From assembly GCF_030435755.1 (NCBI RefSeq), contig NC_080843.1, positions 68,734,485 to 68,798,484 of the forward strand: a DNA stretch of 64,000 bases. The letters are read 5' to 3'. The notes below the pieces were generated by a model. It was given only the letters and a program-made list of their open reading frames with translations, did no database searches and was not told the DNA's origin. Numbering within the stretch: the first letter of the stretch is position 1; the number at the start of each line of letters is the position of its first letter. Shown here piece after piece: positions 21,871-33,413 of the stretch. The stretch comes from Ochotona princeps. Its lineage: Eukaryota. The position numbers were made by a program, and so were the translations under genes.

Positions 21871-23613
21871 TATTTTGTAAAGTTTATTTAAAAGAAGAAA
21901 TCACAGACACACATTCAGGTATAGAGTGGGCAGAGAGCATAAGAGTGAGAGGGAGGTGTTTCTGTTTTCATCTTGTGAGGACACTGCTGCCTGTTTCCTG
22001 GCTTCCTGTGAGCCTGGGAGAGGAGTGGTGACGTGATACCACCCTCCAGTCCCACCTGGGGAAGAATCCTTGTTTATTTTTTTTTTAAGATTTATTCATT
22101 TATTTATTTTATTGGAAAAGTCAGATTTACAGAGAGAAGGAGAGACAGATCTTCCATCTGCTTGGTTCACTCTCCAAGTGGCAGCAAAGATCGGAGCTGA
22201 GCCGACTCAAAGCCAGGAGCCAGGAGCCAAGAGCCTCTTCTGGAACTCCAGCATGGGTGCAGCGTCCCAAGGCTTTGGGCCGTCCTCCACTGCTTTCCCA
22301 GGCCACAAGCAGGGAGCTGGATGGGAAGTGGAGCAGCCTGGACAGAAATGGCACATGGAAGGGCTCTTTTGATTGACAAGTAGGCAGACATAGGGCAGGG
22401 GAGGTATGGCTTCCAATCAATGTGTGAATTTAACATTGCTACCTCCCTGTCTCATTTCATCCCCTCTTGAGATTTCCAACCCCAGTTCTGAAGGGTTGCT
22501 TAAGAATGTAGTTTCAAGTCATCTTCTGTAACTGTTTCTTGATGACTAGAGGTATGGGTCTTGCATGTCCCAGATTCGGAAATCTCATTCTATCTCATTA
22601 GCCAGAGAAGGTATAGCTGGTGCCATGACTGCTCCCCCATCTCATCCGCAGCATCCCAGGAAGTGTCTGGCTTCTTCCTGCCTTTTTGAGTTTGAGTTTG
22701 AGTTTGTTCACTCGTCCTTCATGTGCCCTGGGCATCTGGGCAGGACCCTCTCCCCTGCACAGGAGTCAGCACGCGGGCAGGACACACACCACGGTCTCTA
22801 CCTCCGAGGCTAAAGATCCTTTTGCATCTGGGACTGACAAGACATGAAAGCCTGTGGTTCTTGGTGACCCCAAAGGCCATCACTGGGGAGTCCTCCCGAG
22901 GACCCTGGCCTGGCACAGCTGTGACTACCAAGAACCCAATAGCTCCCTGTTTATCCTACACCAGTACAGTGTTACACAGCAAACAAGGGCTGCCCAGACT
23001 TCATCAAGTGTCTGGTCTGCCAGAGGCTATCAGTGGTTCCTGACCTCCCGCAGGACTCCAGCGTCAAGCTTCTGGCCAAGCTCAGTAGTGCACAGTGAGT
23101 GTGGCCTGTTCAGTGTTAGGCCCCCAGCCTGCCCACTCCCAGATTGGCCCCGTGGGAGTCACCTGCCTATCACCCATGAGGCCTCTGATCTGCCTGTTCC
23201 TACATCATCGCTTTGGCTCTCCACTGATCTGGCTTGCCTAGGCTCCCAGCTTCAGGCCCTCTTTCAGCCACTCACAAGGTGGCATGGTAGTAAGCTGCAG
23301 GCGCAGCCAGCCCAGTACTCCTGGCTTGCCTCTTCTTGATGGATATCTATTCTGAGGACTGTCCGTTGTTCATGACTCCTTTAGTTAGCATGGCAACAGA
23401 CTTGGGCACTTGCTGAATAAGTGGGACTTAATTGTAGGCCAATCACCCAAAGCCACAGTCCAGGTTCTAAGATTGGCTTCACGTGGCATCCCGACATCCG
23501 ACAGCAGCTCCAGGGAGGAGCTGATTTGGCAAAGAAGACGTTGGTAAACCTGTTTGCTTCAAAGTGCCACAGCCTTAATATGGAGAAAGCAAAGGCTCTA
23601 CTTATTTATTGGC

Positions 23614-23945
23614 ATTTTTTAAAAAGATTTTATGATTATTGGAATGCCGGATATACAGAGAGGAGGAGAGACAGAGAGGAAGATCTTCCGTCCGATGTTT
23701 CACACCCCAAGTGAGCCGCAACCGGCTGGTGCGCGCCAATCCAAAGCCGGGAACCAGGAACCTCTACCGGGTCTCCCACGCGGGTGCAGGGTCCTAAAGC
23801 TTTGGGCCGTCCTCCACTGCTTTCCCAGGCCACAGGCAGGGAGCTGGATGGGAAGTGGAGCTGCCGGGATTAGAACCGGCGCCCATAGGGGATCCCGGTG
23901 TGTTTAAACCGAGGACTTTAGCCGCTAGGCCACGCCGCCGGGCCC
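23614..23945 (-). mobile_element. C-repeat SINE, antisense, 15-bp TSD atttattggcatttt
   Basis: The run ttttttaaaaagattttatgattattggaatgccggatatacagagaggaggagag.. through ..gccacgccgccgggccc. The TSD is on both sides. Confidence 0.85.
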
Positions 23946-24273
23946 ATTTATTGGCATTTTGAGGTATTTCTGGTTTGCTGGAAAAGGCAGGCTTATCATT
24001 TATATGTACCTATTCCCACTTGGGGTGTCTCCAACCCCAGGTGCCCTCGCTGCCTGGCAGGACAACCACCTCAGCCTGTGTGGCTCTAGCCTGAGAACAT
24101 GGCTCAGGATCTCTAGGCTGTCTCCCAGGGGAAGGCAAGGAAGAATGAAGATGCAAATATTTGCATTTGAAGTTTTACTGGTTAATTATACGAATTTTTG
24201 CTTTTATGTATTTTTGAAATAAAAAGCATCACATATACTCAAGGCAAAAATTTCTCCATTCCAAAGTACTTAA

Positions 24274-24602
24274 GGGCCCAGCATGATAGTCTAGTGGCTA
24301 AATCCTTGCCTTGAATGTGCCAGGATCCCATATGGGTGCCAGTTCTAATCCCGGCTGCTCCACTTCCCATCCAGTTCCCTGCTTGTGGCCTGGGAAAGCA
24401 GTCGAGGACGGCCCAATGCATTGGGACCCTGCACCTGTGTGGGAGACCTGGAAGAGGTTCCTGGTCCCGGCTTTGGATTGGCACAGCACCGGCCGTTGCG
24501 GCTCACTTGGGGAGTGAATCATCGGATGGAAGATCTTCCTCTCTGTCTCTCCTCCTCTCTGTATATCTGACTTTGTAATAAAATAAATAAATCTTAAAAA
24601 AA
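24274..24602 (+). mobile_element. C-repeat SINE, sense
   Basis: Starts gggcccagcatgatagtctagtggctaaatccttgccttgaatg and ends ..ctgactttgtaataaaataaataaatcttaaaaaaaaa. Confidence 0.85.
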
Positions 24603-25679
24603 AAGAAATGTGAATATAAATATATAATATATATAATATAGTTTATATATACACATATATATGCATATATACATATATGTATACATATATATGTATATGT
24701 GTATATGTATGTATACATATATATATATGAAGTGGCCCAGAGAAGAGGTATCCCCACAGTAAGGAGCTTTTGTAAAACACAACTTTACCAACTAGGAGTT
24801 GTAGGAAGGTACTTGTAAACATTTGTGAAAAGCTGAGACTAAAAACAGAAATTCGGAGCAAAGCTCGGTTGTGAGGCTGACACCCCACACTGAAGTGAGG
24901 ATTCCAGTCCAGCTCACTGCCAATGCATCCTGGGAGGAGCTGAAGATGGTTCAGGTCGCTGGCACTGTGTTTTGTGGGCTAAGGAGTTAATTAGCGCTCG
25001 TTAAGCTGAGCAGTAACAGGAAATGGGCTTGCCGCTAAAAGCACCTGGTCTAATGGGACTCATTGGCATCCTGTTGTTTGGTTAAAGGGTTTGGGGGAAA
25101 GAGTGTAAAAGGAGTAATAAAGGGAGACTTCGGGAGACTTCCACCATCACTGGTCATTCCCACACCCTCTCCGCGTCCATGTTACTGGCTCTGCTAGCCG
25201 GAGCAGCTGTGGGGGAGACAGATGGAGTTTGGAGCTCCTGGTTGCTGATTCTTGCTGTCACTTGGCGGGGGAGTGAACCAGAATATGGAAAATCTGTCTC
25301 TATCTCTGTTGCTCAGCCTTTCAAGAGTTTATAAGCTCTAAGAAGTCAAATAAGCAAGCAGTAAGAAATACATTTTGTTAGAAAATTGTGAACATTCCCA
25401 CACAGTTCATTTCATAACGTTCATTTTTCATGAATCTTTGAAGATGCCTTGTGCACGTAGGGCTTTGTGAGTTGCTCTACCAGAATGATTGAACCTAAGG
25501 GAGTGCGGGCCCCTGAGTTACTGTGGGTGAAGCGGGCTGGGGCCCGCAGCTGGCATCCAAAGGGGTCAGGGCAGGCTGATCCTGGAGCCTGAGCCCTCCA
25601 CCTCAGGGTCTGACACTGGTTCCTGGTGGAACTGTAAGGAGTTATTCCAATATCCTTCCCTGGACCCAGCGCGCCATTC

Positions 25680-26070
25680 CTTCTTCCTCACAGCTCATGA
25701 AATTCCCGCCGGCCTAGCTATCCACCAATCAGATGTAACCTGGCATTCCACCTGAGAATCCCACCCCAATCTTCCAGCCCCTTCCCCAACTCTGCCCACT
25801 CACCAATCATCCATAGGCATTCACCTGCAGGCACCAATCCCCTGGGGGTCTGGCTTCAATCCCTCCCAATCCCCACCCCTTATACCTGGCAGACAAAAGC
25901 CTCCCCCCCCCCCCCCAGGTGCGGCTCTCCCCTCTCTCTTCTCTCCCCCTCTTCTCTCTCTTGCCCTTCTTTCCTGATCTTCACCACCCCTACCCTGTTT
26001 CTGCTCTGTTGGAATAAACCTCCTAAGATACCTCCTTGCGTCTGGTGATTTTGGCTCACGGTAAAGAACC
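25680..26070 (+). mobile_element. LTR-like element copy B (may extend upstream to about 25.14 kb)
   Basis: The sequence ..ctatccaccaatcag..ctcaccaatcatcc..cttatacctggcagacaaaagcc..ctgttggaataaacctcctaagatacctccttgcgtctggtgattttggctcacggtaaagaacc. It has the same motif order as copy A: CCAAT-like boxes, a CT-rich tract, ttggaataaa(a)cctcct, gcgt..tctggtg.ttt.ggctca.gg. Confidence 0.45.
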
Positions 26071-26257
26071 AGGTTGCAGGAATTAGCTGCGCATAACAAT
26101 ATTGTAATATCCTATGAACTAGAACTCTAATCTTTTTAAATAACTAACAGGAACAGTACCACGTAGAGGAGGCCTGGCTGGGGTTTGCTGTGGTCAATCT
26201 TGCACCTTGCACGAGAGTACACGTCTGAATTTGGAACTGTCTCTACTCCCATAACTT

Positions 26258-26601
26258 CTTTTTTTTTTTTTTTAAAGATTTATTCATTTTTATTACAGCC
26301 AGATATACAGAGAGGAGGAGAGACAGAGAGGAAGATCTTCCGTCCGATGATTCACTCCCCAAGTGAGCCGCAACGGGCCGATGCGCGCCGATCGGAAGCC
26401 AGGAACCTCTTCCGGGTCTCCCACGCGGGTGCAGAGTCCCAATACATTGGGCCGTCCTCGACTGCTTTCCCAGGCCACAAGCAGGGAGCTGGATGGGAAG
26501 TGGAGCTGCTGGGATTAGAACCGGCACCCATATGGGATCCCGGGGCGTTGAAGGCGAGGACTTTAGCTGCTAGGCCACCTTGCCGGGCCCTATTCCCATA
26601 A

Positions 26602-26634
<33 letters not shown>

Positions 26635-26774
26635 TTTATTTTATTTTTATTACAAAGTCAGATATAGTGAGAGGAGGAGAGACAGAGAGGAAGTGGAGCT
26701 GCCGGGACCAGAACCAGCAGCCATATGGGATCAAGGCAAGGACCTTAGCCACTAGGCCACGCTGCCGAGCCCTC
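26258..26774 (-). mobile_element. Two adjacent antisense C-repeat SINEs (26258-26589 full; 26596-26774 internally deleted); the flank tcccataactt occurs three times
   Basis: Each copy has a T-run plus aaagatttatt..cagatata(c/g)(a/t)gagaggaggagagacagagaggaag.. through ..g(c/t)cg(g/a)gccc. The motif tcccataactt lies at 26245-26257, 26590-26603 and 26775-26787. Confidence 0.8.
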
Positions 26775-27570
26775 CCATAACTTTTGAATAGTCTAGTTGG
26801 GTGGCCAGCCACAATCAGGATGACAATTGGAGCAAATCTGCCTCAGACACCAAGCACAGCACCATTTTTGCATCATCAAGCCCTTCCTCTTGGGCCGACA
26901 GATGGCACCTGGGTGGGAGCTGGTGATCCTTTTCAAGGGGCCGACCCCCTGTTTTAACACGCAGGCGCTGCAGGTGGAATTAGACATGCTGAGGGCACAC
27001 ACCTTCCCTACTGCCCGGCAAGGCAGAAGCAGTTTCCTCTTTCTTGGTTTCTTGTTCTTCAAGGTTATGAGAATACAATCAGGGGGCGAGCAGGGACACA
27101 GGGTACTCTCCGAGATGTCTGCGCTCCTGCTTCCTGCTAGCGCGCACGCTGGGACACGGCAGTGGAGCTCTGGATTGAGATACAAGCTTCTGGCTTTGTC
27201 AGGCTGTTGCAGGCATTTCAAGACTGAACTAGCACCTGTGGCTCTCTCTGTTTTTCCCTTCCAACTACATAAAATTAATAATAATATAAAATCAAAAAGG
27301 AGCCCCTGCAGGGCCTCGGTCTCCCAAGGGTTAACTCCACAGCTTGGCTTGTTTTTAAGGGGTAACAGGATGGGCAGTGTTGGCCTGATACATTTAGCTC
27401 CTGGCTTGACCACAAGTTCCCTCTTCCCTGTTTCCCCTTTTTTAAGATGCCCTCGGGGGAGCTTAGGAGTTGCTTGAGCATTGGGAAAATACTGGGAAGA
27501 ACTAGGCAGACTATAAAAGAGGCAGGCCAACTTCGAGTAAATGGCATTCTCTTTACAAGAGTGACCCAGT

Positions 27571-27909
27571 GGGCCCGGCGGCGTGGCCTAGCGGCTAAAG
27601 TCTTCGCCTTGAAAGCCCCGGGATCCCATATGGGCGCCGGTTCTAATCCTGGCAGCTCCACTTCCCATCCAGCTCCCTGCTTGTGGCCTGGGAAAGCAGT
27701 TGAGGACAGTCCAATGCATTGGGACACTGCACCCATGTGGGAGACCCGGAAGAGGTTCCAGGTTCCTGGCTTTGGATCTGTGTGAATCGGCCCATTGCGG
27801 CTCACTTGGGGAGTGAATCATCGGACGGAAGATCTTCCTCTGTGTCTCTCCTCCTCTCTGTATATCTGGCTGTAATAAAATAAATAAATCTTATAAAAAA
27901 AAAAAAACA
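27571..27909 (+). mobile_element. C-repeat SINE, sense, 15-bp TSD caagagtgacccagt
   Basis: Starts gggcccggcggcgtggcctagcggctaaagtcttcgccttgaaagcc and ends ..ggctgtaataaaataaataaatcttataaaaaaaaaaaaa. The TSD is on both sides. Confidence 0.9.
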
Positions 27910-28664
27910 AGAGTGACCCAGTACGTGTTGTCTTTTTTGTAACCCTAGTCCCTCTGCTCCGCTTGTGGTACACGGTACACGGTGACATGGGTGTTGCCGA
28001 CAAGTCCCGTTATTGCATTTATTTTTTCTGTAAGACCCAAGCAGAAGTCTCTTAGGCTATTTTTTCCTGTGTCTATTTATTCAAAGGAAAATTTCCAACT
28101 ACAGGTCAAAGCTCTGCCCTTGTTTCAGGTTCGTTGGGCATACTTTGAACACTACAAACAGAACTTGAAAAAGGCGACTGATGACAGCTGGAAGCTGGGA
28201 CAGGCACGGACAGGATGGTGGGGGGCGCTAAAGCTGCAGGGAGTACAAGAGGAAGCCAGGGTTTTCCGCAGAGGTGGGCTAAGGGTCTGTAAGGAGTCGG
28301 ATTGGGGGAAGACACAGTGATCTCACACCTTCCACATAATGAACCCCCAAGCAGTTCACAGACTTCAAGTGCGAAATGAGAAAACTTCTGGAAGATGATC
28401 GCAGAACCTATAGGTAGCCCTGGATCTGGTGACAAGATGTATTAGCAAAAGCCAGACTGAGACGGTTGCCTGGGACCCCCAGCTTCTTTAAGTAGCAGGA
28501 AGTATATGAAGGGATGTGAAGGGTTAGGTTAGGGTTAGATCCATAGAGTATTAGTCACTTCCTTCCCGCCTGATCCATCAGTCTGGCTAGGTCTGTCTCC
28601 ATGAGCCTCCAGGACCCGGGCAGGAATCGAGCCCAGCATTACCCACATTTATTTCCTAATAAAG

Positions 28665-28990
28665 GGCAGTCAGGCGTGGTGGCCTAGTGGTTATTTCCTT
28701 GCCATGGGCACCAGTTTGTGTCCCGGCGACCCAGCTTCCCATCCAGCTCCCTGCTTGTGGCCTGGGAAAGCAGTGGAGGGCGGCCCAAAGCCTTGGGACC
28801 CTGCATCCATGTGGGAGACTCAGAAGAGGCTCCTGGTTCCCGGCCTCAGACTGGCTCAGCTGCAGCTATAGCAGCTGCTTGAGGAATGAATCAACAGACA
28901 GAAGGTCTTCCGTTTTGTCTCTCCTCCTATGAGTATCTGACTTTCCAATAAAAATAAGTTAATCTCAAAAACAAAACAAACAAAAAAACC
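28665..28990 (+). mobile_element. C-repeat SINE, sense (diverged 5' end)
   Basis: The sequence cagtcaggcgtggtggcctagtggttatttccttgccatgggcaccagtttgtgtcccggcgacccagcttcccatccagctccctgcttgtggcctgggaaagcagtggag.. through an A-rich tail at about 28990. It ends about 40 bp before the PARP4 poly(A) signals. Confidence 0.75.
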
Positions 28991-29029
28991 AAAAAACAAA
29001 ATACCAGACACAGAGGGAAAAAGAAGCTG

Positions 29030-29199
29030 ATATAGCATTTTTTTTTCATTTTATTCTTTCTTGCTAATTTATTCAAATGATCCATTCTGGTTGCTATACT
29101 GAATAAAATCATGTAAGACTAATTATAAGTTCTCAATTGTATATGGTTATTTTGTATACAGAAGCATGGAAAAAGAATGAAAATACAGCTTCACTGGCT
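29030..29199 (-). other. PARP4: PARP4 3' UTR with two AATAAA polyadenylation signals (minus strand; plus-strand tttatt at 29068-29073 and 29050-29055)
   Basis: Hexamer signals lie 130-150 nt downstream of the stop codon. The cleavage site is inferred, not observed. Confidence 0.45.
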
Positions 29200-29398
29200 T
29201 CAGCCTTGACTTTGGCTAAGAGCTCTATGGAGAGGAGAGGCTGGGTCACCTGGCTCAATTCCCAGGAGCTGCTTGGTGGCCGAGTCCCAGTCTTTGCCCA
29301 GTTCAAGCCGCTGGCAGATGGACGAATATTGCCCTTCCATTCTTTTCACCCATTCATTTGCTTTCTTTATTTTCTCAGTGTATTGCAAAGGAATTTTC
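29200..29398 (-). CDS. PARP4: PARP4 terminal coding exon, 1 nt + 65 codons + stop (TGA at 29202-29200)
   Basis: Acceptor catttttttttttttcaactag|G. Translation KIPLQYTEKIKKANEWVKRMEGQYSSICQRLELGKDWDSATKQLLGIEPGDPASPLHRALSQSQG*; recalled human C-terminus ..AIKQASEWVRRTEGQYPSICPRLELGNDWDSATKQLLGLQPISTVSPLHRVLHYSQG*. Confidence 0.8.
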
Positions 29399-31448
29399 CT
29401 AGTTGAAAAAAAAAAAATGTCCATCAATTTCATAGGATGACTCTATGTGAAATGTTATGTGCTACCAAATCTACTACATTTTATTAGGCAACATAATTTT
29501 GTCAAAAATTGACACACACACACACACACGGGTGACCCATTGTAGGCTCCTGACTGCTGGGTTTGACCGTGGCTTAGCTTCAGCCTCTCTACCATTTGAG
29601 TAGTAAACCAGTGGGTGCAAGATCTCTTCCTCCTTGAAAAAAGGTAGGACCTGGCTGCTCCACTCGGAGGCCAACTCCCTGCTCAGACGTTTGGGAAATC
29701 AGCAGAAGATAAACCGGGTGTTTGGGCTCATGGCCCCCCACATAGGAGGCCCAGATGAAGCTCCCGGCTCCTGACGTTGGCCTAGCCCAGCTATGGCCAT
29801 TGTGGCCATTTGCGGAGTAAATCAGCAAATGGGAGAGTGCCTCTCTCTGTAATTTTGATTTCTGACTTTCAAATAAATTCAATGCATAAACATACATCTT
29901 TGAAGAAAAACCGGCAAAACATCATCCATTACAAGGAACCTATCTACTAGCCTTGCCCCTTCCGTCATAATCTCTCCCTCTATCAACAGGTAATGTTTTT
30001 CTGTTAGTTTTCTCCTTACCAGGTCTTTAAAAGAACATTAGCAAATTACATACAAACAAGTGGGTATAAGTGTTTTGAAGAATCGTGTGTGGGTGTGTGG
30101 GTGTGGCTGAAGGGGAAATTCATCTTGCCATGGGGTCAGAGTCTGCAGGGAAAAGAGAATGCGCCCCCATAGAGCCCTTAAAAAAGGCTCTCAAATAGTC
30201 CATAGCCTCCCTGGTGACCTTGGGCTCCCTGGCTTGTCCTCCTGAGTTTGAACTGGGCTAACACATCCCTGGGTCTGCAGGGTAACCCAATGTGTGGCGT
30301 ATGTACGTGGGCACTCCAAGATCGCCAGTGGTCAAACAAGGGTTCAGTTTGATCCTGGCGCCCGCAGGCGACTATGAGGTTGCAGTTGTCGCAAGAGAGC
30401 GGACCCATTTTACTTCGTAGTTTGCTAGTCTGCTTGATAACTGCCAAATACTCAGACCTACGGAATGTGGGTTGCCCCCGGCCCCGTTCATATTGAGGAT
30501 CTCTCCAAGGCGTGTAGGATTAACACACTGTTATGCAGAGGTGCTAACCAGGAGCCGGGAGACTGGGGCTACAGTGCCAGACACGGGGAAACTCTCGGAA
30601 CCCGTTTCCTTCGTGGCCTATGGCAAGAAAACTGGGTCAGTCCTGCCTGCAGCAGGAGACTGGGTAAGCTGCTCCCCGTCAGCCAAATTCCCTTTACAAG
30701 GCTTATCGACAAAATGCTGACAGGTGAGGTGCTTCTTGGTATAACAAAAGCTACCTGGAGACGGAAGATGCGTCCAATGTCATCCATGACTTGACAACGA
30801 TTCCCTCTTGTTCCAACTTGGTGCGAAGAAACTGCAGGACCAACAATGTGGCAATCAGGTTCAGGAGGCTTTCTCTTCCACTGACACCTGAAAGGCAACA
30901 AATTCATCAAGGCTTCTGGAAACTCCACATCTCAAATGGTGCCCATGTGCACAATGGCCGTCAAAGAACATGCTATTGGCCAGATCCTAACATCTGTAAC
31001 ACACTTCAAGGTTCCTAATTAGCTTCCTATTCAATTTAAATTACCTCATTGAAGTTACTAGTTAAAGTTAAAAATGAGGATGATGGAGCTGTGCCTATCA
31101 TAGTCTCATGTCTGAGTATCCCTTCTCTGCCAAAATCCCTTCCACTCTGTATTGTATATTGCATCATATAGCAACCAGACACCCTGGATTTGCCATCCTA
31201 GTCTGAGGAGCCTCCACTTTTGTCCTGCGAGAAGCTTTTTGCTTTGTCAGGGTAGGCCTATTTTGGCATCTCCTTTTGTCCTGTGGAGTAGTTCCTGTTC
31301 ATTTATTTCTTTTGTGTGGTGTAGTTCTTGCTCAAGGAGTACTGCCATAGACAGCAGGCCCTTGGGTCTCTGCCGTCCATACAGGACACCTGCACTGAGT
31401 CCCAGATCCAGTTTTCAGCCTAACCTAGCCCTGGCTTGTTATAGTCAC

Positions 31449-31617
31449 CTGGGGAGTAAACTAGCAGCTAGAAGCTTTCTGTCTTTCAAATGCATAAAAA
31501 TAGATCTTCTAAAAAGGAGAGAAACGGTCTTCGTGATCTTTTCAAGAGTGCAGAAACAAGTCCAAGACAGCGTGTCTAGGTTGCTGTAACTTGAAGGCCC
31601 AGCTCTGGGCTTCCCAG
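31449..31617 (-). CDS. PARP4: PARP4 penultimate coding exon, 2 nt + 55 codons + 2 nt; donor firm, acceptor position uncertain
   Basis: Donor CCCCAG|GTGACT. The frame gives (A)GKPRAGPSSYSNLDTLSWTCFCTLEKITKTVSLLFRRSIFMHLKDRKLLAASLLP(R). Phase 1 in and phase 2 out link both neighbouring exons; the exit reads ..SLLPR|KIPLQY versus recalled human ..SISRN|IPWAF. The chosen acceptor (agaaagaacag|CT at 31617) has an unusually purine-rich upstream tract. Alternative in-phase AGs lie up to 39 nt upstream. Confidence 0.55.
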
Positions 31618-32948
31618 CTGTTCTTTCTCTCCGGCTTCCTTCCATCACAGCCTGCGAATGTGTGGATTAAGGACAGAGACAGTCCAGGAGCTGAGGGAGC
31701 GTGGGGGTAGATTCAGGTACATTTCACAGCTCCCTGCACTATCGCCTTCTCCTTTTAAGGCTTTTTCTTCCTCCAGATTTATTTATCTAAAGGCAGCATG
31801 ACAGAAACAGAGGGGAGCTCTTCCATCTGCTGGCTTACTCTTCCCAAATGCCCATGAAAGCCAGGGCTGGGCCAGGCTGAAACCAGGAGCTGGGCACTCC
31901 ATCTGAAAAACTCAGTCTTGATTTGGGTATTTGACACAGCGGTTAGGCTGCTGCGTGGAATGCTCCCACCCCACATCAGAGTGCCCGACTTTGAGTCTTT
32001 GCCTCTGCTTCCAGCTTCCTGCTGTTGCTCACCCTGCAGGCTGCAGGTGGTAACTCAAGTACTTGGGTTCCACCCACCTGGGAGACAGACTGAGTGCTGG
32101 GCTGCTGGCCAGGCCCAGGCTGTGGCAGGTATTTAGGCAGTGAGCCAGGAGGACGCAGGGGCTCTAGCACTGGCTGGTTCTCCATTGACCTCAGCACGGA
32201 GCTGGATTGCAAGAGGAACAGCCAAGACTTAACTGGCCCCAATATGGAAGTCCAGTGTTGCAGGTGGAGGGTTAACCTCTTACACCACCAGGTCAGCTCT
32301 ACCACGGGCTGGTTTAAGATGCCTGGGATTTCTGCATTCCACCCCTCTGTGGTCCTGACACACAGAACTGTTCCAGCAGAGGCTGGATCTTTGCTCATCA
32401 AAGCTCTTCTCTCTTCCTGGGCACAAAACTGGAGAAAGTGAATTAATTTCTTATCTTCTTCCTTTTTTGGTAGGGCTCCGTGACTGGTTCCTGCCACGTT
32501 TTCTTCCTGTTGTCTAGTCTGTGGATGATGTCAGTGGAATCTTCTTGCTTGCTTGCTTTCGCCAGGCTAAATTGCAAGCCACATGATGTGTGTGGCAGAG
32601 CCACAGTGTGGAAGGCGCCTGGGTTTCTACACGAGGACAGGGAGAGGAACCTCCCTGCTGACCAGTATTTGATCCGGCAGGTCATGTTGGATGGCATGGA
32701 GTTACTAAGCCTCGTGTGTTGTTTTTACAGCAGTTAGTACTGCTAGTGTCAGTAATCTAACATGTATGACACCAGAATTAGTGGGGAAGATAGGACTGGC
32801 AACTAGTCTCCTGTCTCCATTGATATTTAACTAATATAATCCCACTCGTATACAACATTTTTAATTGCTCTGTTAATTCACTAGTTTTTAGGAACATACC
32901 CATGAGTGAATGGAAGATAGAACGACTATTTTAACATCAGTGAATGGA

Positions 32949-33287
32949 GGGCCCAGCGGCGTGGTCTAGTGGCTAAAGTCCTCGCCTTCAACACACCGGG
33001 ATCCCATACGGGTGCCGGTTCTAATCCCGGCAGCTCCACTTCCCATCCAGCTCCCTGCTTGTGGCCTGGGAAAGCAGGAGAGGACGGCCCAAAGCTTTGG
33101 GACACTGAACACGCGTGGGAGACCTGGAAAGAAGTTCCTGGTTCCTGGCTTCGGATCGGCACAGCACCGGCCGTTGTGGTCACTTGGGGAGTGAATCAAT
33201 GGACGGAAGATCTTCCTCTCTGCCTCTCCTCCTCTCTGTATATCTGACTTTATAATAAAAAAAATAAAGAAATCTTAAAAAAAAATC
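32949..33287 (+). mobile_element. C-repeat SINE, sense, TSD atca(g/c)tgaatgga; its tail lies 27 bp downstream of the PARP4 exon donor at 33314
   Basis: Starts gggcccagcggcgtggtctagtggctaaagtcctcgccttcaacac and ends ..ctgactttataataaaaaaaataaagaaatcttaaaaaaaa. The TSD is on both sides. Confidence 0.9.
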
Positions 33288-33313
33288 ACTGAATGGAAAA
33301 AAATGAGACTTAC

Positions 33314-33413
33314 CTAATGAACCAATGCCTTTTTGCTCAAGGAAGCTGCATAAAGCATTCACATTAACGTTTAACATAAATCCTAGCTCAGGTGTAAGTG
33401 TCCAGAAGCCATC
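33314..33413 (-). CDS. PARP4: PARP4 exon, 33 codons + 1 nt, phase 0 in / 1 out
   Basis: Acceptor tttgtttcttaatttcttag|GAT and consensus donor TTAG|GTAAGT. Translation DGFWTLTPELGFMLNVNVNALCSFLEQKGIGSL(G); recalled human EDGFWKLTPELGLILNLNTNGLHSFLKQKGIQSLG. Confidence 0.75.

Noticed and set aside
31976-32497. 173-aa minus-strand ORF inside a PARP4 intron
   Set aside because: It lies entirely within two adjacent copies of the diverged tRNA-SINE subfamily (31790-32440, antisense), and its peptide motifs recur in other copies. It is not an exon.
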